NCBI GenBank assembly: GCA_013042835.1
Contig: JABDPJ010000197.1
Coordinates: 1-54,260, forward strand
Source: Lysobacterales bacterium
GTDB taxonomy: Bacteria > Pseudomonadota > Gammaproteobacteria > Xanthomonadales > SZUA-36
DNA length: 54,260 nt
Direction: 5' to 3'
Position 1 is the first letter of the stretch; each line of letters opens with the position of its first letter. The translations under genes were made by a program, and so were the position numbers. Below the pieces are notes generated by a model. It did no database searches. It was not told where the DNA came from and saw only the letters and a program-made list of their open reading frames with translations. Positions 26,853 to 36,184 of this stretch are shown here, piece by piece.

Positions 26853-27482
26853 ATGTCGGCAAACTTTTCTGCTAAACCGAATCAGGGTGAGATGAACCCG
26901 GTTGACAGGGCAGATTATCCACTGGCTAACAGTGAAAGAATCCAGTTGATGTTTGGTTCCTGCGCCATCGAGGTGCTCGAGAATGACCCGGGTATCCGGG
27001 TATCAAGCCTTTACAGCACACACGATGGCCTGAGGACAAACCGCACTTTTGCCGTGGTTGCCTACCCGGAAGTGATCGAGCACGCCTTCAGGGAAGAACA
27101 CGATGCAATCGTCAAGGGGCAGTCGATCGGTACGTTGTTCAAGGAACGGGGATGGGTGCTTGAAAAACACCACGAGTATTTTGGTGAGATTGACGTACCT
27201 GCTGACCTGTTCAGCACCGGTGCACAAGCCCTTGACCGAAAAAGCCGCTCGGCGATTCATGTTTACACGCTGGTGGTCAAAAAACAGGACTCTGAATTCA
27301 AGTACGCTTCTATCGCTGAAATTCATAACCCCGAATTCCTGCGACTCCATGACCTGGTAAAGATCTACGGTCCGGCATGTGCAGATGCCGGAGCTCACAG
27401 GGACAGGTTGGACGGTTTTCTGATGGTCGTCGAGTCGCGCATCAAGGCCCTTGGCGCCGTGAAGTTTCAAGCACAGCAATGA
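26853..27482 (+). CDS. Hypothetical protein (209 aa), no family recognised
   Basis: The ORF has GGAG ~12 nt upstream of ATG 26853. Its TGA overlaps the ATG of the following yceH-like gene (ATGA at 27479-27482), which argues for real translation and coupling. Confidence 0.6.
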   Translation: MSANFSAKPNQGEMNPVDRADYPLANSERIQLMFGSCAIEVLENDPGIRVSSLYSTHDGLRTNRTFAVVAYPEVIEHAFREEHDAIVKGQSIGTLFKERGWVLEKHHEYFGEIDVPADLFSTGAQALDRKSRSAIHVYTLVVKKQDSEFKYASIAEIHNPEFLRLHDLVKIYGPACADAGAHRDRLDGFLMVVESRIKALGAVKFQAQQ

Positions 27483-28117
27483 CCGGAGAATTTAACATCC
27501 TGACACCCGTGCAGGCACGAGTCGTCGCTTGCCTGATGGAAAAGAAAGAAAGCACGCCCGACCAATACCCGCTGACGCTGAATGCCCTGCGCAACGCCTG
27601 CAATCAGAAATCATCGCGATTCCCGGTGGTCAACTACAGCGAGGGCGAGGTCGGCCACGCGCTGCGCGAACTCGAAGCCATGGACCTGGTGCGCGAGCAC
27701 TGGGGCGCTCGTGTGCCCAAATACGAGCACCTGGCCAACAAGGCCCTGAACCTCTACAGCCAGGGTATCGCCCTGGTATGCACCTTGATGCTCCGCGGCC
27801 CGCAAACCCTGGGCGAGTTGAGGAATCACTCGCAACGCCTGTTCGAGTTTGATGACATCGATGACGTGCAATTTGCCATCAACCACCTGGTCGAACGCGA
27901 GCCACCACTGGCCACCGCCCTGCCCCGTCAACCCGGCCAGAAAGAAGGTCGCTACGCACACCTGTTGTGTGGCGAGCCCGACATTCCAGATCCGGAGACC
28001 GCGACTGTCAGCGCTCCATCCACGGGCGGATTGGCTGCCAGGGTCAGCGAACTGGAAACCGAGCTGGAAGTCATCAAGGAACGTCTCGAAGCCATCGAAA
28101 AACAACGGGGTGACTGA
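27479..28117 (+). CDS. yceH: YceH-family (DUF480) winged-helix protein
   Basis: I trimmed ORF 27377..28117 to ATG 27479. The N-terminus LTPVQARVVACLMEKKESTPDQYPLTLNALRNACNQKSSR is the characteristic DUF480 opening. A C-terminal coiled coil is present (LETELEVIKERLEAIE). Confidence 0.8.
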   Translation: MTGEFNILTPVQARVVACLMEKKESTPDQYPLTLNALRNACNQKSSRFPVVNYSEGEVGHALRELEAMDLVREHWGARVPKYEHLANKALNLYSQGIALVCTLMLRGPQTLGELRNHSQRLFEFDDIDDVQFAINHLVEREPPLATALPRQPGQKEGRYAHLLCGEPDIPDPETATVSAPSTGGLAARVSELETELEVIKERLEAIEKQRGD

Positions 28118-28170
28118 CAAAAGTGTTACAAGGTCAGAGTACTCATTGATTGCGAACGCGGACGACCGCC

Positions 28171-28647
28171 ATGTCACAAAGCACACTTGAACTGATCAGA
28201 TCCTACCTGAATAGCGCGGAAATCATCTACCGCGAAGTTGAACACCCACCCACCCGGACCTCGGAAGAATCGGCGGCAGCCAGGGGTGAGGATCTGAGTG
28301 TCGGAGCCAAGGCTTTGCTATTGCGTACGGATGATGTGTTTCGGCTTTTTGTATTACCGGCCGACCGCAAACTGGATTCGACGGCAGTCAGGCGCAGGTT
28401 GAGCGTCAGGCGGACTCGCTTTGCAACCGCTGAGGAACTGCTCGAGTTAACCGGACTGGTGCCTGGCTCAGTACCGCCATTCGGCGAGCCCATTTTGCCG
28501 TTTGAACTCTATGCCGATGAGTTCATCGGGGTGAAAACTGACAGGGTTGCATTCAATGCGGGCTCGTTGACCCATTCGATCATCATGCAGGCTTCTGATT
28601 GGAAGCACCTCGCCAAACCCGTTTGTTTTCAATTCAGCAGGCAATAA
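28171..28647 (+). CDS. YbaK/ProX-type aminoacyl-tRNA deacylase domain protein
   Basis: About 158 aa, with GAKALLLR...FRLFVLPADRKLD and GSVPPFG motifs typical of YbaK/EbsC editing-domain proteins. I preferred ATG 28171 over the TTG at 28150. Confidence 0.65.
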   Translation: MSQSTLELIRSYLNSAEIIYREVEHPPTRTSEESAAARGEDLSVGAKALLLRTDDVFRLFVLPADRKLDSTAVRRRLSVRRTRFATAEELLELTGLVPGSVPPFGEPILPFELYADEFIGVKTDRVAFNAGSLTHSIIMQASDWKHLAKPVCFQFSRQ

Positions 28648-28717
28648 GGCACCACTTGAAAAACCGGCCTACACGGAGTCAGCCCGGTGCGGTACTTCAG
28701 TGCTGGTACGCGCGTGC

Positions 28718-29047
28718 TTAATCGCCCTGTTCAGGCTCGATAACAACGGCAGTACCCACGGACAATAACTCCGCCGCACCACCGACAATGACCGACGTGG
28801 TGAAGCGCGTGGCGACGATCGCATTGGCGCCCAGCTTGGCCGCGTCGGCAACCATGCGGTCAATGGTCTGTTCGCGGCTCTCCGCCATCAGCTTCGTATA
28901 CTCGTGAATTTCACCGCCGACGATATTGCGCAGTCCGGCAAGAATGTCCCTGCCGACATGCCTGGCTCGCACGGTGTTGCCACGAACGATTCCGAGGGTC
29001 TTGACGATTCGGTGGCCAGCTATAGCTTCACTCGTTGTAATGATCAT
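28718..29047 (-). CDS. YbjQ-family (UPF0145) protein
   Basis: MIITTSEAIAGHRIVKTLGIVRGNTVRARHVGRDILAGLRNIVGGEI.EYTKLMAESREQ is a near-canonical YbjQ sequence. The start at 29047 has GGAG 7 nt upstream and lies 1 nt after the anti-sigma stop. Confidence 0.85.
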   Translation of the reverse strand: MIITTSEAIAGHRIVKTLGIVRGNTVRARHVGRDILAGLRNIVGGEIHEYTKLMAESREQTIDRMVADAAKLGANAIVATRFTTSVIVGGAAELLSVGTAVVIEPEQGD

Positions 29048-29048
29048 T

Positions 29049-29501
29049 TCAAATCTCCACGTCTTTGTACTTGTCTGTTTTACTTTCAATCAGCCTTTGC
29101 CGCCAGACCGAAATCAGCAGCAGCGCCAGGCCACCATAAATGGCAATTATGAGCAGTTTCATTCCCACGGGTATGTCGGGATTGAAGATAAAAAAACCCA
29201 CGCCGATACCGGCGACAATCAGCAAGCCGGCGATAAAAAGTAACCAGCCTATGCCGCGGGTGAGTTCCACGGTTGAATCATTCATGCTTTCCCTCCACTG
29301 GTCTTCGCCCACCTCGCTCAGGCGGGCCGTTCCAACACGTTCCCGAAGTTCGCGCAGGCCGGCCAGGTTTTCCCGGCACTCGTCACAATTATCGCAATGC
29401 AGCGTTACAAGCTGCCGTTGCTGCTGGGTCAGTTCGCCGTCGATAAACCCGGATAGCAAATCGCCCACGTGTTGGTCTATATGTCGGTTCCTGTCAGACA
29501 T
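29049..29501 (-). CDS. Membrane anti-sigma factor (zf-HC2 type)
   Basis: 150 aa with an N-terminal zinc-finger anti-sigma motif LLSGFIDGEL....HCDNCDECRENL and two C-terminal TM helices. It overlaps the sigma-factor gene by 8 nt. Confidence 0.8.
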   Translation of the reverse strand: MSDRNRHIDQHVGDLLSGFIDGELTQQQRQLVTLHCDNCDECRENLAGLRELRERVGTARLSEVGEDQWRESMNDSTVELTRGIGWLLFIAGLLIVAGIGVGFFIFNPDIPVGMKLLIIAIYGGLALLLISVWRQRLIESKTDKYKDVEI

Positions 29502-29985
29502 CTTGAATTAATTCCTCCTTCAGTGCCATACGCGCGCGGTGCAGGCGGGACATGACCGTTCCCGGGGCAACCTCCAGGACATCTGCAATGTCCGCATAAG
29601 ACAGGTCCATGTAGTCCCGCAAGACGATAATTTGCCTTTGATCTGCCGTCAGCTTTGCCAGGGCAAGTTGCAAGCCGCGGTCGCGCTGTGAAATTTCCAA
29701 TGAGGCTTCGGGTCCCGGACGGTGATCAGCCAGTTTCCCGACATCTGCGCCACCAGGACGACGACGCCTCATCATATCGATACAATGATTGCGAACGACA
29801 CGCAGAAACCACGGCGCAAACGGCCCGTTCGCAGCGTTGTAGGACATGGGTTTCCCGAGTACTTTCACGAAGGCGTCGTGAACCGCATCTGCTGCGTCAT
29901 CGGTGTTACCCAGCAACTGTATCGCCAGCGCGTGGGCGCCGTTTCCAAGTTGTGCAATCTGTTGTCGCATGTCGTTCTTTTTCAT
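29494..29985 (-). CDS. ECF (group IV) sigma-70 family RNA polymerase sigma factor
   Basis: 163 aa with region 2 (PWFLRVVRNHCIDMMRRR) and region 4 HTH (LSYADIADVLEVAPGTVMSRLHRAR). Confidence 0.85.
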   Translation of the reverse strand: MKKNDMRQQIAQLGNGAHALAIQLLGNTDDAADAVHDAFVKVLGKPMSYNAANGPFAPWFLRVVRNHCIDMMRRRRPGGADVGKLADHRPGPEASLEISQRDRGLQLALAKLTADQRQIIVLRDYMDLSYADIADVLEVAPGTVMSRLHRARMALKEELIQDV

Positions 29986-30177
29986 TGGGTTCGGTCTATA
30001 TACGCACGGGCGGACAATTTATTCCCAAAATCTCTCGAATCAGGCCCACTTTACCAAAAAGCTCATTGAGCCTGCCCGGTTTCAGATATAGTTACGCCAG
30101 CAAAACCACAGGGCTGATTCTGCCAATGCAGAGTTATCCGGTTGCACAGATTTGTCGATAGAGCAAGGAAAAAGACC

Positions 30178-31335
30178 ATGCCAATGACATCCCGTGAACG
30201 CGTTCTGGCTGCCATCAATCATGAAGAACCTGACCGCGTGCCGCTGACCATCGGCGTCAACAACGCCACCGGCATCAAAATGAAGCCTTACCGCGGTATC
30301 AAGCGAATCGCCGGAATCGAGGCGCTGGACAACTACATCTACGATTGGCCGGAACTCGGAACCGCTGCCATCGATGAGCAGACAATGCGTCGCCTGCACA
30401 GCGACGTTCGCGGCGTATTGGACCTGGAACCCGCGACAGTGCGGGAACGCAACCGCATGCGTGAACCCCACAGTGACTATATCGATTCGTGGGGTAGCGG
30501 GCAGACAGAAATCGTCCCCGGTGACTGGTTTCCGGGCATCCACCCACTGGCCGACGCCACCACGATCGACGACCTGGAGCAATACGGCGGCTGGCCCGAC
30601 ATGACTGATCCAAGCCGGGTTGCCCATGTCAAAGCAGAGGCGCAAAGGCTGGCGGACGATAACGAATTCGCCATCGTCGCCACGCCCTGGCTGCTGTTCC
30701 CGTTCGAGCGTGCCCACGCCATGCAAGGCATGGAGACCTTTCTGCTCAACATGGCCATGAATCCGGATTTCGCTCGCGCCTTGCTTGAGAAAATCGCGGA
30801 TCGTTGCAAGCAGCTAATGGGACGGTTCCTCGAGGAGTTGGGCGACAATGTCGATATCATCAAGATCGGCGATGACCTGGGAACCCAGAGCAGCCTGATG
30901 ATCTCGCCAAAAATGTACCGTGATATGCTCAAGCCGGTTCACGAGGATTTCATCAACTTCATCAAGGCCCGGACCAGCGCTAAAGTACTGTTTCATTCCT
31001 GCGGTGACGTGGCGCCTTTGATCGGAGATTTCATCGAAATCGGCGTCGACATATTGAATCCCATACAGACTTCGACCGGCTCAATTTCCGATCTGCCATC
31101 ACTGAAGAAGCGATTTGGTAAAAACATCGTTTTCTGCGGTGGCATTGATTCGCACCGGATTTTGCCATTTGGCAGCGTCGGGGAGGTTCGCGAGGAAGTG
31201 CGGCGCGTAATGGAAGTCCTCGGCCCGGGCGGTGGCTACTTGCTGGGCCCGGTACACACGGTCATGAACGACGTTCCGCCTGAAAATGTTTTGGCGATGG
31301 TGGATGCGGTCGAAGCGTTCGGCTACTACCGTTAA
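30178..31335 (+). CDS. Uroporphyrinogen-decarboxylase (URO-D) superfamily protein, MtaA/CmuA-like methyltransferase type
   Basis: I trimmed ORF 30142..31335 to ATG 30178 (MPMTSRERVLAAINHEEPDRVPL...). The C-terminal region (GDDLGTQ...MISP..YR....P, FHSCGDV, NPIQ) matches the URO-D fold family rather than HemE proper. Confidence 0.65.
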   Translation: MPMTSRERVLAAINHEEPDRVPLTIGVNNATGIKMKPYRGIKRIAGIEALDNYIYDWPELGTAAIDEQTMRRLHSDVRGVLDLEPATVRERNRMREPHSDYIDSWGSGQTEIVPGDWFPGIHPLADATTIDDLEQYGGWPDMTDPSRVAHVKAEAQRLADDNEFAIVATPWLLFPFERAHAMQGMETFLLNMAMNPDFARALLEKIADRCKQLMGRFLEELGDNVDIIKIGDDLGTQSSLMISPKMYRDMLKPVHEDFINFIKARTSAKVLFHSCGDVAPLIGDFIEIGVDILNPIQTSTGSISDLPSLKKRFGKNIVFCGGIDSHRILPFGSVGEVREEVRRVMEVLGPGGGYLLGPVHTVMNDVPPENVLAMVDAVEAFGYYR

Positions 31336-31619
31336 GCGTGCAGGATGTAGAAGATCAGAATTGCCAGCCCGGCCAAAATGACCATGCCAACCAGCGACAG
31401 GGTATCTTTGAGTGACAGCTCATCGTCGGAAAACTTTGTCAGTGCCAGGTATGAGAGTACGAAGAAAACAGCCGTGAGGATGCTTTTACCGATCCAGTGA
31501 TGGCCGCCAATCGAAGTCAATAACTGTTTGAAGGCGCCGGATAGCTCGCTGCCGATGGTGGCGATTGCAATCCAGGCAATGGCAATTATCGCAGCGCGAA
31601 TCAGTGCTTTGGGATTCAT
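31332..31619 (-). CDS. Small membrane protein (95 aa), unknown function
   Basis: It has three hydrophobic helices. Its start overlaps the stop of the upstream membrane-protein gene by 4 nt (coupled pair). Confidence 0.55.
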   Translation of the reverse strand: MNPKALIRAAIIAIAWIAIATIGSELSGAFKQLLTSIGGHHWIGKSILTAVFFVLSYLALTKFSDDELSLKDTLSLVGMVILAGLAILIFYILHA

Positions 31620-32089
31620 GCCAGTCCCGCCTCCATTGCGAACCGGTACCCGCCGGCGATGATGGCACCCATGCCGGCTATCGCAAACCCCAGCAGAAAA
31701 ATCAGGCCGGCCAACATGGCTACGCTCACCCGGGCATTCCGGTTGTGCAGAAGTTCATTATTGTATTTGATCAATAAGGCTGCAGTGGTCGCGGCCAGCA
31801 CCGGCAGGAACAGGAAGATGTGCTCCTTCACCTCCATGATGACGCTGTGCACCCAGGCCACCTCGCTGGCCTTGATGACAGGCTTGACGTGGGAACCGTA
31901 TACCTCCACGTAGTAAAACCCGCCCGCAAACCAGGCGACCAGCAAACAGGCAAGACCGAGGCTGGCCGCAATCCTGGCGCGCCTGATCCTCGCCTCGGTC
32001 GGGTTGAGCACCTCCACCAGCACCCAGAGGAACGCAAACAACCCGAACTCGGCAACCATGGCGTGTAACAAAATCAGCGGATTGATCAT
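31616..32089 (-). CDS. Membrane protein (157 aa), unknown function
   Basis: It has four hydrophobic helices (MINPLILLHAMVAEFGLFAFLWVLV...). It is translationally coupled to the downstream 95-aa gene. Confidence 0.6.
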   Translation of the reverse strand: MINPLILLHAMVAEFGLFAFLWVLVEVLNPTEARIRRARIAASLGLACLLVAWFAGGFYYVEVYGSHVKPVIKASEVAWVHSVIMEVKEHIFLFLPVLAATTAALLIKYNNELLHNRNARVSVAMLAGLIFLLGFAIAGMGAIIAGGYRFAMEAGLA

Positions 32090-32289
32090 TTTTGCTGCGT
32101 ATCCCTTCTGTTTTGAGCGTAAGGCCGAACGGTCCGACGAGGTTGATTCGGATTATAACCCCGATTCTGTTGGGCGTGCCGTTTTGATCAAACAGCTGAG
32201 CGCCGCTTAATAAATGGTGCATTAACCAGGTCGCCAACCCGTTGCCGACACCGCCCGACTTTCGAAGTCCTGAAACACCCGCCTACAAA

Positions 32290-33063
32290 CTACAGCAAAT
32301 AGGGTATAACGGCGCGGCGCTCCGCCGGGTAATCCTTGAAAGTCTGCCGGTACCAGCGGTGATGGGCGACCGCCCTTGGCACCAGGTTGGCCATGGTCCA
32401 GATCGCGAACACCCAGCCCGCCAGGGACCAGGTGGCAATGGCCCATCCAATCCACTGGATGATCTCGCCCAGGTAATTGGGGCAGGAAACCCAGCGGTAG
32501 GCAAAGCCATACGGAACCTGGTATTCCCGCTTGCCGCTGCCTGTCCGGCCGAGGCGGGCAAGCTGCCTGTCCGAGACCTTGTTCAGTGCCATCCCGCCCA
32601 AAAACAGCAGCACGCCAAGCAAAAACTGCGGACTGGTGAGCCAGAGGTCACCGTACTTCTCACCCTGGGAGGCTATCGACCAGGCGTTGAGGTAGCCGTT
32701 GGTGGTGTTGAACAGCACCGCCATCAGCAGGATGACCCAGGGCATCTTGCTGCCCTTTTTCAGCGTCCACGGGTAAACGAACACACGGTGGCAATAATGT
32801 AGCTGCCAGAGCAAAAACAGGCCCAGCAAGGCGGCATTGAGTTGACCATAAACCAGTGTGATGGCGCCAAAAACCAGCACCGCCGGCAACTCCATGAAAA
32901 ACCAGCCCAGGCGGTTGTCCAGCATGGGCCCCCAGCCGGAGCGGGTATAACGGCCGTAAGGCGCCCGCACATAAAACAGCAATACGAAGACAATCGGGGC
33001 CAGCGCCAGTGTGCCGTAGGCCACCCAGTAAAAATAATGGTTCATGTAGTATTCAAGAGCCAT
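32290..33063 (-). CDS. 3-oxo-5-alpha-steroid 4-dehydrogenase / DUF1295-type membrane reductase family protein
   Basis: The C-terminal signature YQVPYGFAYRWVSCPNYLGEIIQWIGWA...HHRWYRQTFKDYPAERRAVIPYLL is typical of the steroid 5-alpha-reductase family. I chose start 33063 (MALEYYMNHYFYW) to limit overlap with the upstream gene to 11 nt. Confidence 0.75.
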   Translation of the reverse strand: MALEYYMNHYFYWVAYGTLALAPIVFVLLFYVRAPYGRYTRSGWGPMLDNRLGWFFMELPAVLVFGAITLVYGQLNAALLGLFLLWQLHYCHRVFVYPWTLKKGSKMPWVILLMAVLFNTTNGYLNAWSIASQGEKYGDLWLTSPQFLLGVLLFLGGMALNKVSDRQLARLGRTGSGKREYQVPYGFAYRWVSCPNYLGEIIQWIGWAIATWSLAGWVFAIWTMANLVPRAVAHHRWYRQTFKDYPAERRAVIPYLL

Positions 33064-34078
33064 CGCGCCTTCTGCCCTCCCCGCCTGTTGCGCCGCTACC
33101 ATTCTGCCTTGAATAGAAATTCAGCGCATCGCGCATTGACTGACGGAACGGCCGTGGTTGGTAGCCCAACAACCCCGCCGCCCTGGCGTGACTCATTTCC
33201 TTGTTGGCTGACAATGCCGCCAGCGAGTCCCGCGTGTATATGGGCGTTTCACCTCGCAGCCGCGCCCAGAGCCCCAGCAGCGGCGCAGACAAGGCTGCCA
33301 ACCCTGCCGGACAGGTGAACCGGGGTGCGGCGACACCGGTCAGTTCCGCGATAACGGCTGCCACGGCGTGCATTTCAAGATATTGCCCGGATAACAGATA
33401 CCTGTCACCGTCCTTGCCTTTTTCCGCCGCTTCCACGGCTCCCCAGGCCACGTCACGGGCATCAACCCAGTCAAAGCCTCCTGCTACCAGCGCGGGCAGC
33501 TGGCCATGCGCCAGCTTTTGAATCGCCTGGCCAAACAGTGACGACCTGAAATCATTGGGTCCGAACACTGCGGTCGGATAAACAATCCGGGTCTGCAAAG
33601 CCTCGTGATCGTTCAGCCTTATCAACCTGTCCGCCCGTGCTTTCGAGTGGTCGTAATCGCCCGCGCGCCCCGCGCCTGCGCCCAGCAAAGGATTATCCTC
33701 TGTCACCGCCTTGTCGAGCGGTTCCAACTCGAGTGCATGGATGCTGGAAAAATGCACCAGCGTAGAGACGCCCTCCGCCTGGCAGACCGAAAGGACGTTA
33801 CGCGTACCCTCTACGTTAATCCGCTCCAAGCGCTCCTTATGACCGCTCTGGATCGAAATAAACGCGGCCAGGTGATAGACCTGCTCAACGCCTTTGAACG
33901 CCCTGGAAAGACTCTGCTTGTCCTCGAGTGACCCATCAACCCGCGACACATCGAGGCCTTCAAGCGCCGCACTCGATTGCCGGACCAACGCAGTCACCTC
34001 GTACCCCCGCAAGAGCAATTCCCTGACCAGGTTTGCACCGATATGCCCGGAAGCACCGGTGACAGCCACTTTTTTCAC
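33053..34078 (-). CDS. NAD(P)-dependent epimerase/dehydratase-family reductase (extended SDR, dihydroflavonol-reductase-like)
   Basis: Rossmann motif VTGASGHIGANLV at the N-terminus and a YxxxK catalytic motif (YDHSK). 341 aa. Confidence 0.8.
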   Translation of the reverse strand: MKKVAVTGASGHIGANLVRELLLRGYEVTALVRQSSAALEGLDVSRVDGSLEDKQSLSRAFKGVEQVYHLAAFISIQSGHKERLERINVEGTRNVLSVCQAEGVSTLVHFSSIHALELEPLDKAVTEDNPLLGAGAGRAGDYDHSKARADRLIRLNDHEALQTRIVYPTAVFGPNDFRSSLFGQAIQKLAHGQLPALVAGGFDWVDARDVAWGAVEAAEKGKDGDRYLLSGQYLEMHAVAAVIAELTGVAAPRFTCPAGLAALSAPLLGLWARLRGETPIYTRDSLAALSANKEMSHARAAGLLGYQPRPFRQSMRDALNFYSRQNGSGATGGEGRRRDGS

Positions 34079-34114
34079 CTCACCGCCTCATCTGCCCGGT
34101 TCAATTCAACGCAA

Positions 34115-35914
34115 TCATGCCTCATCGCAAGCAATGGCCTCAAGAAAAGTGGCGCCATGGCGTTCCAGTTTAACCTCGCCCACCCCGTTGATCGCAAGAA
34201 ATTCCGCCTCGTTTGATGGCCTTTCGCGACTCATTTCCACCAGTGCCGCGTCACCGAATATCACGTAGGGCGGCACGCCCTGCTCAAGGGCCAGCTGCTT
34301 GCGAATTTCGCGCAGGGTTTCAAACAGGCGCAGATCCCCTTCATTGAGTTCAGCCACCGGACCGGATTTCTTTTTCTTTCTGCCGGCCTTTTCCTGCACC
34401 CGCGGACGCGCCAGTTGCAACGTCTCCTCACCGCGCAACAACCGCAAGGCATTGGCGGTCAGCTTCAAAACCGAAAAAGCGGCGATATCCTGGGTCAGGT
34501 AACCCCGGTGAATCAGCTGGCGCACGATGGTCAACCATTCCGCCGTGCTGTATTCCAGGCCAATCCCATAGGTGCTCAAGCGTTCGTGGTTGAATTTTCG
34601 AACGCGCTCATTATCCGCGCCCCGCAGCACGTCCACCACGTGCCGAATACCGAAACTCTGTCCAACGCGGTAAACGCAGGACAGTACCTTACGGGCCGCC
34701 TCGGTGGCGTCGTACTGTTCGGGCGGGTGCAGGCAAATATCGCAATTGCCGCAAGCCTCGTTCAATTGCTCGCCAAGGTAGCCCAATAAAACCTGCCGCC
34801 GGCAGGTGAGGCTCTCTGCAAACCCCACCATCGCATTCAGTTTATGCGCATCGATACGGCGCTGGTTCTCGTTGGCATTCTGTTCGAGATGGTAGCGCGC
34901 CGTTGCCACGTCCTGTGTGCCAAACAACAATACGGCCTCTGCTGCCAGGCCGTCACGGCCGGCGCGGCCGGTTTCCTGATAATAGCCTTCCATGTGCCGG
35001 GGCAAGTCATAATGGAACACGAAACGCACATTGGGTTTGTCGATACCCATCCCGAAGGCGACCGTCGCCACCACGATTTGCACGTCGTCGCGAATAAAAC
35101 GCTCCTGGACGTCCCTGCGGGTATCGGCGGCAAGACCGGCATGGTAAGCGGCGGCAGCGAGGCCATGTTCAGACAGATAAGCGGCAATCTCTTCGACCCG
35201 TTTGCGAGACAGGGCGTAAACGATGCCGCTGGCGCCGACGTGACCGGCAAGAAAACGCTTGAGCTGGCTTTGCGGACGGTGTTTGTCCAGCACCGTGTAG
35301 CGTATGTTCGGGCGATCGAAGCTGGTGGCAAACGAGCGCGCCCCGTCCAGGCCGAGCACCTGCACGATATCGTCGCGAGTTTGCGGGTCAGCGGTCGCCG
35401 TCAGGGCGATAAAAGGCACATCTGGAAAATACCGGCGCAATTCACCAAGAGCCGCGTACTCAGGCCGGAAATCATGCCCCCATTGAGATACGCAATGGGC
35501 CTCGTCGATGGCGATCAACGCAAGTTCCAGGTGCTCCAGGCTGTTGATGAAACCTGCCCGCATCATGCGCTCGGGTGCAACATAGAGGAGATCGATTTCA
35601 CCGTTGTGCAGCCGCGCCAGCACGGTTCTGGCCTCTTGAGCGGACAAGGTTGAGTTGTACATGGCCGCCCTGACACCATTGGCCTGCATGGCGTCAACCT
35701 GGTCTTTCATCAGGGAAATCAATGGTGAAATCACGATACCAAGGCCCGGGCGGTGCAAGGCCGGCAACTGGTAGCAAAGGGATTTGCCACCACCTGTAGG
35801 CATCAGCACGAAGGCGTCACCCCCAGCCACGACCCGCTCGATAATTTCCTGCTGGAAGGGCCGGAAATCCTGTAAGCCGAAAACCTGGCGAAGTGTGTCG
35901 TGGATGGTTGTCAT
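34115..35914 (-). CDS. recQ: ATP-dependent DNA helicase RecQ
   Basis: FGLQDFRPFQQEII, Walker A MPTGGGKSLCYQ, DEAH box IAIDEAHCVSQWGHDFRPEY, Zn-binding CGNCDIC and a C-terminal HRDC-like region. I trimmed the start to ATG 35914 (MTTIHDTLRQVFG). Confidence 0.92.
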   Translation of the reverse strand: MTTIHDTLRQVFGLQDFRPFQQEIIERVVAGGDAFVLMPTGGGKSLCYQLPALHRPGLGIVISPLISLMKDQVDAMQANGVRAAMYNSTLSAQEARTVLARLHNGEIDLLYVAPERMMRAGFINSLEHLELALIAIDEAHCVSQWGHDFRPEYAALGELRRYFPDVPFIALTATADPQTRDDIVQVLGLDGARSFATSFDRPNIRYTVLDKHRPQSQLKRFLAGHVGASGIVYALSRKRVEEIAAYLSEHGLAAAAYHAGLAADTRRDVQERFIRDDVQIVVATVAFGMGIDKPNVRFVFHYDLPRHMEGYYQETGRAGRDGLAAEAVLLFGTQDVATARYHLEQNANENQRRIDAHKLNAMVGFAESLTCRRQVLLGYLGEQLNEACGNCDICLHPPEQYDATEAARKVLSCVYRVGQSFGIRHVVDVLRGADNERVRKFNHERLSTYGIGLEYSTAEWLTIVRQLIHRGYLTQDIAAFSVLKLTANALRLLRGEETLQLARPRVQEKAGRKKKKSGPVAELNEGDLRLFETLREIRKQLALEQGVPPYVIFGDAALVEMSRERPSNEAEFLAINGVGEVKLERHGATFLEAIACDEA

Positions 35915-36184
35915 GAACTGGTCAGAATTTCCCCGGGTCAGCATCTGCATTTGGAAAGACGTCATCATACCTAAGTGAAGGCCCTTCGACCCAGCCAATT
36001 TTGTTCTGGTTCCACGCTCAAAGGCTAATGAAGGGCGCAGTGAATGCCTATCCCATTTTCACCATTTTGCGGGTAGGCAAATCACTCGTTGAGCGCGCAT
36101 TGATCCTTGTCATTTATCCTTGCTTCCGGAACAAGTAAAGTGACTCCCAACATACGTACCACTTATCTGAAAATGAGACTGAAT

